Shown here piece by piece: positions 1 to 12,620 of a stretch of DNA of 64,000 bases. The notes below the pieces were generated by a model. That model was given only the letters and a program-made list of their open reading frames with translations, was not told where the DNA came from and did no database searches. Source of the stretch: Vicugna vicugna (Eukaryota); assembly GCA_013265495.1 (NCBI GenBank), contig MU058584.1:3662508-3726507 (forward strand), read 5' to 3'. How positions within the stretch are numbered: the first letter of the stretch is position 1; each line of letters starts with the position of its first letter. The translations under genes and the position numbers were made by a program.

Positions 1-75
1 ACAGTGGTCTATTATGTAAGAGTGGTGTAACGGACTAGAAAGGATGGGTGCAAAGCCACAAGAAATGTTATATAC

Positions 76-227
76 CTTTCTATTAAGTTGTTGTAAGCTA
101 CTACACTATTCTTCAGGTATGGCTGGGGGGTCACATTACTACCAAAGGCATATTTAAAATGACCATCACGTAATCGATAAGCTTTCCTTCTTGACACAAC
201 TGATGTCAATATATCTTTAAGGTGATT
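76..227 (-). CDS. TADA1: TADA1 (SAGA subunit, transcriptional adaptor 1) coding exon 6, 152 nt; gene continues left of window
   Basis: Encodes [50 protein letters not shown](S), matching recalled TADA1; acceptor ttttacag at 228-229, donor AG|gtatat at 74-75. Confidence 0.96.
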
Positions 228-1511
228 CTGTAAAAACAAGAAGAAAAAAAAAAAAGAAAGAAAAATAGCATGAACTCCTCTTTAAAAGCAAATCATAAAA
301 CTTCCATTGACCAAAAAATGTGGATTGGCATTTAGTGGATGGAGAGGTGAGACAAGCCAGCAAATGCTGAAACCAAATGAACAGGAGAGCCACAGAGCCA
401 CAGCAGAGCAGGAGGGTAAAGGAGGGGGCGAGACGTGCTATTTTTATTTAGTTCTGTTTAAGATGGGCTTGCTCTACAAGAAATTTATTAGTTTTTCTAT
501 CTCTATATTGACTCCTCTCTCTCAACAATGATTTTCAGATAGCTTTAAATAAAAGTACAAAAAATATATAAATTTTTAAGAGGCAGACAACCTTGAAGTT
601 TGGTTTAAAAATGGGACAAAAAGTTTCAAGATCAGGGATGCACTGGTTATAGCACCCAATCTACTAACATCCTTGCATGAAAAGAACCCTGGCTCTCTCA
701 AAAGCCATATGAATGACAGGCACGTAGGAAATAAACAGGAAGTTAGGTATTTAATATCTCTTCACCTCTGTGAGAGCCAAGTACATAGGAGAGGGTTAGA
801 GAGTGTCTGTGAAAACAGGATAGAACTAGTCCCAGCCTAGCACTATTAACAGGGGAGCCAGGGTCGGGCACGGTGTTAGCAGTAAGATCATCTCAAATCG
901 GGACTTCATGGTACAGTTTATAATTTCCACACACAGAAGTCACGTAATGTTTATAACTTCATGAGACAGCTATTATTATCTTTGAGGTACAGGCGAGGAA
1001 ACGGAGGCCCAGAGAACTGAAAGGAGTTACCCAGCATCACCTAAAAGCCCCTGTGCACTACAGACCTGGTGCACATTTCATCATGCGCCTCACTGAGGAC
1101 AGTGAACGGAGGGAGGAAGCGTGTGCTGGGACAAGAATCCCACGGTTCAGACGCCAAGTCTGATAATGCTCTTCAGTTCTGTGCCACAGCAAAATCAAGC
1201 AATTTTAATCTTTAGGATTCTCAATCTCTTTTTTTTTTTTTTTTGCTTAAAATTTGTTCTCTTGTTGACAAATTAGACATCAGATCAAGCAGAAGTGTTA
1301 GGCCGTAAGTAACCTGTCTAAAAAGCTTAACTAAAGGCAACTGTTTGGACTGTGATGTGTTTCTCCTCTCAAAAGAGAAGAACTTCAACTATGACAATTC
1401 TGAGATCAGAGTGACACTTTGGCTCTTTTCTTGCAGTATCAACTCTGAACAATACACACAAGCCTGTCACAACTCAATCTGTCAGGGTGTTTCTGCCACC
1501 AGCAAACTAAC

Positions 1512-1721
1512 CTCCACCGCATAGACCACAGCGGAGACAGCCTCCTCGGTGACGTTGTCCAGCCCGTGTTCGTAGGCAGTCACTATCATCCTCCCTTCAA
1601 GCTGACCCCGAGTGGGAAGCATCATTGTGTGGGAACAAAGTTTCAAGTCATCATCATCTTGGGGATCCTTTGCCACAAACTGCTGGGCTCCCGAGAGGGG
1701 ATTTTGAGGCTGGAATCTATG
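1512..1721 (-). CDS. TADA1: TADA1 coding exon 5, 210 nt
   Basis: Encodes [70 protein letters not shown]; acceptor ccgtag, donor GAG|gttag; phase 0-0. Confidence 0.97.
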
Positions 1722-3169
1722 CTACGGGTAAGAAAACTTCTCAAATTATTCATTACCACGGCAAGTAACAAGACACAAACAAAAGTCATCAGTGTACTAG
1801 ACCTGAGATCCCACAAATTAATGCGACCAAAACCATACCACAAAGGTTTAAAAAAAAAAAAAGGAACTCATGCACAGATAATCAGATTCACACCCATTAC
1901 ACGGTAATAATGAAGACATGAATTAAGGGGGATTATGGTAGTATGTATAGTAGTTTATTCTATTCAGTTAATACCTTGGTAATCACAGAATATATGGCCC
2001 TGTGCTAAAAATAACAAGCAAGGAGAAGGAAAAGATATAAAACTATTTTCAAACAAGTCAGAGCATTTGAAGTATATTTGTTATGTAAGCAGATTCTGAA
2101 AGTATAAATATGTAATTAATGCTTCAAAAAAGCTCGAAAAAGCCTAGCCAACCAATATAACAGATCTAATAACAAATATTCCAAGAGAACACGGTGTAGT
2201 GTAACTCTTCAGTTACTGTTATCTCCTACCTAAAATCATCAACACAGAATCTTTCTAAGACACAGTCTTTAGCATTTTTAAAAATAGTTTTTCCCAATCT
2301 TTTCCACTCATAAAACCTCAGCCTTCCTCTGGAAGATTCTGAGAGCCCATTTACATTCTCCATCATCAGCGGGAGATAAACCCCGTTAGCTTTTGTTTAA
2401 GCCCAACATATAAGATTTTTGTAGCAAATGTGGTTTGTCCCATTTGAAGTTTGTACTATAAGAGGAACACCTGTTGTTTTTCTGGTTTCCAAGTAAGTAT
2501 AAAACAGTATTTTATATCGAATATGCCTTTTTAAGTCAAGTGTATGCCTCTCTGGAGATACAGATGCTCTGCAGAGCAAATATTACTGATATAAAACATA
2601 GAGCAAAGGTAAAAATAAATATTTGTTGATGTTAATCAATAAAGCTATCAATACCCAGTCACATCTATAAAAGGCATACTTTTGGGAAAATTGTTCCCTG
2701 GATATAAACTGGAAAAAGCAAGTTATTCTAACATGTTTACAAGTTTCACAGTGCAATGCCTTCAAGACTTCTCTGAGGACCCCCAGAAGGCTCAAGGCCC
2801 AGCTGGGCATCACCAGGACCCTAGGAGCAGAAGTCTCAATCTGAGAAACATTATTCATTCAACAAAAAAATTTAAGAGAAAGATACACAGGCACAGTTTT
2901 TGAATCACTGAAAAATCATTAGGTACTAATGATAACATATTTAGTATTTATGCAATAACAAACTAGAATTATAAAAATTCAGACACCTGGGACTCACAAT
3001 CTTTGAAACCTTACCAACTTTAAATACAGAAACACCTTTTTCTCCCCAAATCATGCTCCTTTTTTTCAACGCTACTACCAGTTATAACATTCATTTAAAC
3101 ACTAAAGCCAGTTCCGTCATACCAGTACTTAAGTTAATCGTTACCAAGATCTACTGAAGAACAACCTAC

Positions 3170-3267
3170 ATCAAATTTCTGACGAACAGAAGAAAGCTTT
3201 TTCTTTCCCTTTGGTTTTCCAGGTTTGGCTGCAGAACCCCCTGTCCAGGGCAAAGATCCAGCACCCT
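3170..3267 (-). CDS. TADA1: TADA1 coding exon 4, 98 nt
   Basis: Encodes (E)[32 protein letters not shown]; acceptor ctcatag, donor GAT|gtagg; phase consistent with neighbouring exons. Confidence 0.95.
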
Positions 3268-5179
3268 CTATGAGACAGAAAAATAACAGTCATTAAGAGG
3301 AAAGAATGACAACTGGTAACTGCTAAGTTTGCTTAAGTGCTGAAAGTAATAAATGCTTAAAATTCAGGTCTTCTCTTTCTGCTTCTCTAAACAAAATTTT
3401 CAATTCTCTCAAATCGCATGTTTTTCTAGCTATAACCAAAATTGTTCTTTTAAGAAGACAAATTCGTTTTTCACATTTTTAACTGTTTATTGGCTGTTTG
3501 TTTGCTTACTAGTAGCAGTAGTAGTATAAAAGTAGGCCAGAATTTTCTAGTTCAAGATGGAGAAGAGGTATTTATCTCTCTCGGCCAAGACTTTACTACT
3601 AAAAACGACAGCAGAAAAAAGTAAATGGCACACATCCACAACAGAGATAAAAAGGAAAATGAGTGGTGGACAAGATGAGAGCTCAACAAATTTCAACGAT
3701 GGGTGGAGAGGAGTCGACTTAAAAAGTGGACATATGATCTGTCCAAAGCTGTGATCTGAGCTAGGCAAAGTTGGTAAGTGAAGTGGAAGCAAGTCAACCT
3801 GCCCAGTAGAAATCCACAAAGAATCTCGACTTGGAGAAGGTAAGGGCAGTGGAAACCAGGAGGGACAGTATAGCTAAAAACAAAATTAATGGAAGATCTA
3901 TACTGGAGAGTCATCCACACAAACCCCTTCCCTTGCCCCTAGGACAGGGTCCCTTGTTCAAAAGAATTTCAAGACAACCTCAGCAGAGCTTTAAACCAAG
4001 TGTGGGGGCCCTTCTGAGTTCATGGGCAGTTCCTGGCCCATGAAACCAGCCCTGCTCCCTCCCACACATGGTTTACGTATGTGTAGGCTATGTGTACCAG
4101 TGGGGGGAAGAGAATGGAGAACTCTTCCCTAGTTAAATAGAACAAAATTTCTGGGATTTACCAAGGTAGCTGGCATAGACGTTAGCACCCTAGAGCACAG
4201 CTCTCTGCAGGCTGGCAGCTGAGGAACCCCACTGCAATGGCTGGCCCCCTCTCCTGCCTGCTCACCCTAAAGCACAATCTCCAGGCAGTTTTATGCTTCA
4301 ATCTTAAATATGAATCACTAGCCATCTGATGATAATCTGCAACATGATAGGGAAAACCAAGCTAAACAAGCAAAAAGCAGAGATCCTAGAAATAAGGAAT
4401 TCAGACAACACAAAGGACTTTGAATAATTTCTAACTCGTATCCTCAGAGAAGTTTGAGAAGACGTGTATCCATAAAAACAAAAAGAAGATGCTATAAAAA
4501 CTGCTGAGTTAGTGAATGCATTGGACAGAAAAGCTGAAAGAAAGAATTAAGGAAATCTCACAAAACACAGAGCAATAAGACAGTGAGACAGATGTTTAAA
4601 ATCAGTAAATTGAGAAAAATCTTTTAAGCACACTATGAGGAACTATTGAGGTCCCACCAGAAACACAAAAAACAAAAGCAGTTGTCTTTGTGAACAGGTC
4701 TAGGAGTGGGAAGCTTTTCATGACCTTCTATACTATTTTTTTAAAACTATGAACATATATGATGTTAAAAAAATCAAAGTAATACAAGCTCATTATAAAC
4801 ACTTGGAAAAAATACCCTCAAAAAAATTTTTAAGAAAAAAAATCACCCATCATTCTAGCAAAACATTATTTCATGTTGATGTTTTTGGAAGAATGAGTTT
4901 GTAAAGCTTTGAAAAAAAAAAAATACTCCCAGTGCCTCAGTTAAAAAAGGACTGTTTGGGAAGTCAGGTTCCTCTTTTCCATCACTTAAAGTGTCTTCGG
5001 CACACCCAGATCACACCTGGTACGGCCAGTCAGTCTTAGGTGATTTCCCACAGAAATCTATTCCTGACGCATGGAAGTGGATGTGAGGTGATGCTGCAGC
5101 TGAGTGGCCAGACACTCTGGGTGAGGAAGCGAAGCACGGTCAGAACTGACTCCAACCCCAAGGGAGGACGGAGGGCTTT

Positions 5180-5390
5180 ACGGCAGCGGTCAGATTTCAG
5201 TTTGGATCCAACCCTTCTACTGACTAGCTGAAGAAGACCTCAGGTAAGTTCTCACTTTCTCTTGTTTTCTTCTCTCCAAAGTTTGTTTCCTAATCTATAA
5301 AGAGACTAACACCCTGCAGAGTTGTTGTGAGGGTTAGAGATAACGCAGGCGAAGTGTCTAGGGCATTGCAGTTACTCAATAAATAACTTT
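5180..5390 (+). mobile_element. MIR SINE remnant (similar remnants near 0.95, 5.8, 11.5, 19.1, 19.9, 34.4, 38.1, 47.3, 55.0, 60.5 kb)
   Basis: Degenerate MIR core: agtttgtttcctaatctataaa...agagttgttgtgagggttagaga. Confidence 0.6.
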
Positions 5391-6947
5391 ATCTAAAATC
5401 CTCTTTCCTGTCTGGGTTAGAAAAATAGTAACCAACCTGCCCACAATTATTAAAGTGCAAAAAACTGTATTTCTATGTTTTACTTTTAATAGAAATCACC
5501 CCTTTGTGGCCAGCAAATATGAATTTCGTTTTGAGGAAAGATATTTTGGGTCTTTGGGAGAAATAATCTCTCAAATTTCAATGTTTCTTTGTTTATTTTT
5601 AAATAGTCAATAGCAAACATTCAAGGATATCAAAGGCTTTATTTAATTAAAATCAGCTGCCTATACTTACTAATATCACTTCATAATTGTTTTGGTATTT
5701 TTTTATTTTAAAAAACACTTTTTACATGTTCGTTCATCTGCTTTTTTATAACCCTGAAAGGTAGATATTACTGTCCCTATGCTATAAATGTGAAAGCTAA
5801 GAACATTCAATAATTAACTACAGTATCTAAACAAGTGGGAAAACCTGAATTTGAATCCAAGTCTCTTGACTCTTATCAACCAAGGGTTTTATTCCCGAAT
5901 ATCCCACTTACTGTTTTGGGTGTGGGGCACTCTGGAATATACCCACCTAAAAAGTGAGATCTAATCCTCACAATGTTGGCTTTTCAGGTCAAATTAAATT
6001 TTATACAATGAAGTGAATTATCCTTATGATCTAACTGGCTAAAGTCCGCTTCTATTTAAATTACATAAAACATCAGAAATCTGACAAAGTGTGAGACTCT
6101 GCAGAGAGGGCCTGATGAGGGCTGAGGAAAGCAGCCTCTCCTCTCTAACACCAGTCTCCACAAACCCTCCCTGCCTACCGCTCTTCATACCCATGGCAAC
6201 TTCTGTGAGTGGGGAGGAGCTGAGCTTCAGGGGAGCTTATCTGAATTCTCTATCGTACAACAGGGTTGGTACAAAATACTAGCCATTTCTAGATAAATGT
6301 GGGCTTTTAATAAATGATCATCAGAATCACCACAGGCCCTTTAAAAACAGCAACAAATTCACCTCAACCGACAGCAGGAGGAACTTGTAAATCCAACTGT
6401 TTAACTAGAGCCCTGGATAAGTTTTATTACAAGGCAAAATTTTAATGTATTTAATCATTTACTTTTGACTACCTGATTAAAATACGATGGCTGAAAGATG
6501 TGACTTGTACCACTTAAGCTCCAAACAATCAGGGGCAAAAAGGTCATTCTGTCTACACCTGTTGAGGCTGAAGTGACAGACTTAGCTCCCACACACACCC
6601 CAACATGCTGCTATCCGCTCCCTTTGTTCTCCACCAACGATCTGCCAAACACACGCTGAAGCTCTAACCTTCCAGTGCTAATATCTCACTTAGGAATATG
6701 AGTGAAAGTCCAGGTTCTCAACATATGCTGTGGCTTCCCCTCCCTCTAATTCGTCTTCCCTCTGTCAATGGAAACCCTCTCCTACACCAAACGCCCTCTC
6801 TTCACGCTCCTCAGCATCTTTATCCTGATCACCGACCCTCCTCACCACCTCTCATTTACTTAAGCAATCTAAACCCCGCTGACTGGGGAGTAAAGCCCGA
6901 AAGTCAACGTAAGGACAAGGAAACCACCTGCTTTAAAAAGATTCTAC

Positions 6948-7112
6948 GGGGGTGGAGGGAGGGTATAGCTCAGTGGTCGAGCACATGCTTAGCATGCATG
7001 AGGTCCTGGGTTCAATCCCCAGCACCTCCATCAAATAAATAAACCCAGTTAACCCCACCCTCCAAAAAAAGAATTAAAAAGAAAAAGAATTATAAAAAAG
7101 AAAGAAAAAAAA
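6948..7112 (+). mobile_element. tRNA-derived SINE, camelid type
   Basis: gggtatagctcagtggt (A box), gggttcaatccc (B box), A-rich tail; approximate TSD aagattcta / aaggttcta. Confidence 0.85.
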
Positions 7113-7290
7113 TTTTTAAGGTTCTATAAAAGAATCTGTACTACATAATAAAATGTTTCTTCTGAGCAGTTCAGAGAACATGTCATTGACAAGCAACCCA
7201 AGTGTCTGCTAAAGGAAGCAAAAGCCGAGCAAGCCTGGTGCTCCGTGGCTTTGCTGACTGACATCCCCGGAAGCATTTCCACTCCCTTAC

Positions 7291-7356
7291 CTGGTGTAGA
7301 CACCAAAATCTGACAGCGCGTGAGAATAGCCAGGAGGAAATCGTTGTGAGAATGGA
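7291..7356 (-). CDS. TADA1: TADA1 coding exon 3, 66 nt
   Basis: Encodes (V)[21 protein letters not shown]; acceptor tttttcag, donor CAG|gtaag. Confidence 0.96.
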
Positions 7357-7617
7357 CTGAAAAAGGGAAGAGTGTCACAGGTCAAAGACAGAATATTTAC
7401 AACATAAGGAAACCACTGTTTCAGTCTAGTTTTTAAGGACTTTCGATATCCCCGACTCTGCCATTCTTTTCACTTAATTTTTAATATCCACATCATTTAA
7501 ATGACCTACAGACCACTCAAACCAAAATTTTATTTTTTTAAGTGAAAAGAATTTAATTTATTGCAAATCTGGGAAAACTTCAGAACAGTTAAATAACTCC
7601 CCAGGTAACTGTTTTAC

Positions 7618-7709
7618 CATTATCCTGTGTGAGAAGTCTATGAGCTTCAAGGTCAAACTCTTCTTTGCTGATCTTCTGCTTGAACCACAACTTTAAGTTA
7701 GCCCAGTAT
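7618..7709 (-). CDS. TADA1: TADA1 coding exon 2, 92 nt
   Basis: Encodes (Q)[30 protein letters not shown]; acceptor ctgcag, donor ATG|gtaaa. Confidence 0.96.
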
Positions 7710-7815
7710 CTGCAGAGGCAGAAACAATGTTAAGAACCACAGGTCTGTCTTCTTCCCCCAGTTCACCTTATCTGCTTCAAATCCCAGGGAAGGAAGGAGA
7801 TTTTGCACTTCCTAG

Positions 7816-8164
7816 TGTTATGGGCTCAGTTGTGTCCCCACAAAATTCTGAAGCCCTGAGCCCAGTAGCCCAGATGTGACTGTATTTGGAGACAGGCCCT
7901 GTGAAGAGGTAATTAAGTAAAAATGGAGTCGTCAGGGTGGGCCCTAAGCCAGTGTGACTGGTGTTCTTATAAGAAGAGATTAGGATACAGAGAGAGACAC
8001 CAGGCAACGGGCAACAGGAGAGGCCTCAAAAGGCAACAACCCTGTTCACACCTTGATGTCAGAACTTTCAGCCTCCAGAACTGTGAGAAAATAAATTTCT
8101 GTTGTTTAAGCCACCTCATCTGGTCCTTGACATTATGTTATGGCAGCCCAAGCAAACTAGCACA
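7816..8164 (+). mobile_element. MaLR solo LTR (MLT1A/B-like)
   Basis: TG...CA termini; MLT1 motifs (gtgactgtatttggaga, cagcctccagaactgtgagaaaataaatttctgttgtttaagcc); 5-bp TSD cctag/tctag. Confidence 0.85.
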
Positions 8165-8357
8165 TCTAGGAATCAGAATACCATCAGAGCAGGACAGTCC
8201 TCTCCAAAACGGACTGACCGGTAGTCACAGAATCGGACTCATGAGCCAAGGAGCCAAAAACCACAGCATCACCTCTCCTTCCTCACCATCATCTTTCTAA
8301 ACGACCTCCTCCCCAGGAACCAAGATTTATATTTTAAAGTACTATTAAAATGATCAC

Positions 8358-8570
8358 ATACTGCATATTTAGAAATTGCTAAGGGAGTGAGTAGATTTTA
8401 AAAGTTCTCATCACAAGAAAAAAATTTTAACTATGGTGAGAGATGTTAACTAGACTTACTGCGGTGATCATTTTGCAATATATACAAATTTCAAATCACC
8501 TGAAATACAAATACTGTGTCCCTGAAACTAATACAATGTTATATGTCAATTATACCTCAATTAGAAAAAG
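8358..8570 (+). mobile_element. L1 3' end fragment (L1MA/MB-like)
   Basis: ttgctaag...ttctcatcacaag...tgaaactaatacaatgttatatgtcaattatacctcaat, a typical L1 3'UTR end. Confidence 0.75.
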
Positions 8571-11500
8571 ATTTTAAAATGTGTGTGTTTCATGGGTTGA
8601 GGAGTGGACATTAATACTGAGTCTGGGTGACCTCTTTCCTTTCAAATGAACTGAAGTTTTTACTCTGGCTGAAGTAATGGGTTTCACCTCACCACAAAGA
8701 AAATACCTGTGCGTATGAGAAACGTGGTGGTTTTTAAAGTGAAAACCAACCACTAAACATAAAAAGTTACTACTTGACTGGTAGAAGAAAAAGATTCAAT
8801 CTTTTATACCCTAACAACATTATCAGAAATAGGAATAAAATAACGTGATTTTTCACAACCACATCCCTTATTTCAGTCCTTAAGAAAGCTGCTCCTTGTT
8901 CATGAAACAAAACTAAAAATTACTCAGTACATTTCTTACAATCACTTTCAATTCATGATTAGCTACTTTCTAATGCTCATTTGAGTTTCTAACAGAAAAG
9001 AAAAAAAAAAAAAACAAGATTTCTAAACGAAATGGTTTAATGTTCTCACTGCCTTATTATACCCCTGGCGGGGTTCCTCCTGCACATAGCAAAAGTCTGC
9101 CTAAGTAAGTATGCAATTGCTGGGTTCGTGTGCTTATGTTTTACCCCCTCGGAGAAAACCCACAGCTTTAGTGGAGTTTTAAAGTTGCCCAAGACCCATT
9201 TCATTCAATAGCAAAACTTGTTTAATTCGTTCTAGAGCATGGCACCACTTCTCACCTGATAGTCACACACCTATTAGTCAATAATAACTTCCAACAGTGA
9301 ACACTTAAATGACATCCCTCGTTTTTTTTTTAAGGACAAGAACAATTATAAAATGAAATAAAGTTCCACAGAAAAACAGAAGTCCTTTCCCATCCCATTC
9401 TATACAACAAAAGAGGATAGTAAGATGACAAAAATTTTGTTATTTAAAGGCCCTGTGTCCCTATTGTACAAGAAAGTCACAAGTATCTTCATAGAGTGTG
9501 TGAACTTGCTCCAGAACTAAGGCAAGGCTCTACCAGGAAGCTCTGCCAACATGATGCTCTGTCTTCTCCAGTGGCAAACTTTCTAACCCAAATAGCAAGA
9601 ACTGGCTCTCGAGTTGAAGACTTGCTCCCCAACCCCGGTCCCTGTATCAGCTTGCTGTAGAGCCACTGATAAATGACTGTTTTCCTCAAAAATACCAAAA
9701 ACAAAATCAGTCAACCTCTATGTAGGCAAGGATGATGGGTGACAAGTATAAGTGGGTCAGACAAGGAAGCACTGGAGATGCCTGGAGAAAATTAAATAAC
9801 ACATGGCTAAATCATCAAAAAAAAAAAAAAACCCAGCTAGGGACCCATTTGAAACTGACACTCTACTGGGTACTTTACAAAGTGAGTTAGCTAGCAAAGC
9901 TCATGTCTTTCAAGAAGGTGACATGGGCACACGACCTGACATAAAGGACATGCAGACTACTGCATAAACAGAAAATGACTCATATCTGAGTTCCTTATAT
10001 ATCTTTTATGTTTTACCTACAACCAAGGACCCACTGAAATGGTCCGGTTGTACAAACCAAAGCAAACTACTAATCAAGGAAATGTGAGAAATGACTACAC
10101 AGCAATATCACAGATTGTTCAACCAAGAAGCACTTTTTATGGAGCAGGAGGGGAAAAAGACGATGAGAAAATGGGAAAAAACTGATACAGAACAACACTG
10201 TACCACTAACCGCTCCTGGCACAAAGGCATATTTTGACTGCATTGTTAATAGAGATTCAGCTACAGATGCACCAAACTTACCTTTAGCATCTGTATTTGA
10301 CAGCACTGACCTTTTAAAGACCAAACAGGGTATACTAACTTCAACCTTTCTGGCAACCCCGCACCTGTGTGAAGAGTGTGGGGTCACAGTGTGGGGTCAC
10401 AGAGATCACCATAGCATCTAATCAGTCAATTATGCACACAAGCCAGGCCCTTCAGGTTTATTGTGGTATGGAAACATTCACTTTCAAATATTTGTAAGCA
10501 TCCCAGATGTAACAGAGTGAAAAGTCCACTGTGCTTAAAAAATGTTAATTTTAGCAATCAGTATTACAAAAATAATCAGCCATAGTAATTAATGAAGATA
10601 AAAGCTCTCAATTTTACCTATTAAAATATTTAAGAATTTTTAATTAAGCACAGAAATAGACTGAAAGTAAACATGAATATTGAAACATAACCTTAGGGAA
10701 AACATTTTATCTTTGGCAGTCAATTGGTGTTTACAAAAAATTAAATAACTATGCCAAAATAATAGATCAGGTTATTAGATTTTAATTCTAGTCTTTGTAG
10801 TTTGATTTATTAACGTTCCTAATATCAAAATAATCTTTAAAATTTATACTTTGTTTTTAGTTACTCCATTTAGGCCATGAGTATTTCAAGAAGTCTTACG
10901 TGGGAATTGTGCATATCTCTGTTAGGATGAAAAATATAATGTCAATTCTGCCACCCCAAAATTTCACAAGAACTCCAAAACTCACGTAGGACTTCTAACT
11001 TAACTTCAATCCAGTCATGATAAAGAATAGAAAGATGAGAAGGTGAAAGTGTTGGAGAAAAAGAAAAGTATTCCCCAAACAAAAAAAAAAGAAAAGCTCC
11101 TCGAGAAACATCATTTGAAAGTGCGCGTCTACTGAGCAATGCAAATGTGTAGAAACCACCTAGCAGCGCCAACACACGCATTATAATTTTAAACGTTTAA
11201 AATCTGCTTCTTATACTTTTGAGAAATAAAATTGTAATAATAAGACTGTTTTGAAAATTCCCTAACTCGTCCCTGTTACCTCGGAGGGTTCCTTCTATGA
11301 CTTCGGCCTTGGCTGAATTATTGATTCAACACTCGGCCATTTCAGCAACGGGCCCGACTCTGTACTGGGTCCCCTGCTATAACCTGGTGAAAGTCTGGCT
11401 GGGCGCCTCTGGGGTCCTTTGCAACCCCCTATAAGGAATCAGAGCCAGAAGTCAGACGCGAGGGTCCCACTCCTGCCGTGACTTTTGAAGTTACTTAACC

Positions 11501-11739
11501 TCTCACGATCTCAGTCTTCTCATCTATCAAAAGGTAATAATAACTGTACCTATCTCACATCTCCCTCGTGAGGATTAGATGAAATTGTACATTTAGAGCA
11601 CTTAAAAGGCGTTTGATAAATGTCCGCTGCTGCTATTATCACTGTAACAGCAGTAGCGTTCGGTGGCTATTTTACCGATGGGTCTGTCGGCCTTCCGAAA
11701 TTGCTGTCCACGCTCTTGCAGACAGTGCCTGCACAACAC

Positions 11740-12620
11740 TCGAGCTCAACAAGCCTCCGCCTCCAGGAAGCCCTCCTGGAGCGGCCGCCCTACGCGGTGC
11801 CAGCTCGGACCTGGCTGCTGGCAAGCACACGGTCCCGCACCCTCGCGCCGGGGCCCGCACCGGCTCTAAAGGCCCTTGGGCGTCACTGAAGGCGTGGGGT
11901 GAGCTTTTCCCGCCCCACCCAGGGCACAGCCTCGGGCGAAGGCGCCCGCCCGAGTCCCGAAAGAACCCGGGAGGCCCGGCCCCTCCAACGCGGTGAGGCG
12001 GGCTTGCCCGCCGGCCCCGGGCCGGCCCCGGGCCCGAGGAAACCCAGAGGCCCCGCCGCCCGCGACGCGAGGGCTGCAGAGGCCTCGCGGCCGCAGGGAA
12101 CGACTCCGGGGTGGGTCGTCAGCCCGAGGCCGGGGGAGCACCCGCGCGGAGGCCCGGAGCCTGCGATCAGACAGCTCTTACTGTTTCACGTTGTCCCCCA
12201 GGGCCTCGCTCAAGTTCTTCTTGGCTGCCTCCAGCTCGCTCACAAAGGTCGCCATTGCTCCCCACTCTCAGCCCGACCTCAGACCTCTCGGCCAACGCGA
12301 CCAGCAACCGAAAAGCCAACTCGGCGAAGGCTTCGGCTCCGGAGGCTCCGATGCTCCCGTCTGCCCCGCCCCCAAGCGCTCAGAAGACGTTTGTTTTTCG
12401 GCTCCGCCCGCCTTCCCGAAGAGAAAGTACTGAGCCAAACTCCGTGTTTTCGCGGTCCTCCTCCTCCCGCCCCCTCGAGTCACGTGACCCGCCTGACCTC
12501 GCGCTCCCTCGCCCCACCTAAACGCGCCCGCCCGGCCCGTGCTGCAGCGGCACCTGCAGGGCTGGCGCATCCCGGCCCGCTCAGCTTACCGCTGGGCAAG
12601 TTCCGAATTCGGCCCCATAT
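11740..12620. promoter_or_regulatory. CpG-island promoter / 5'UTR / start of intron 1 of TADA1
   Basis: Very GC- and CpG-rich block around the ATG; GC box ccccgccccc at 12364-12373; palindromic E-box GTCACGTGAC at 12479-12488; no TATA box seen. Confidence 0.9.
12182..12255 (-). CDS. TADA1: TADA1 coding exon 1 (start codon), 74 coding nt
   Basis: gcaATGG Kozak context; encodes MATFVSELEAAKKNLSEALGDNVK(Q); donor CA|gtaag. Exons 1-6 sum to 692 nt and join without stops. Confidence 0.97.

Noticed and set aside
6960..7031. tRNA-like sequence
   Set aside because: SINE head with A-rich tail and TSD, not a tRNA gene; the same applies at 38.8 kb
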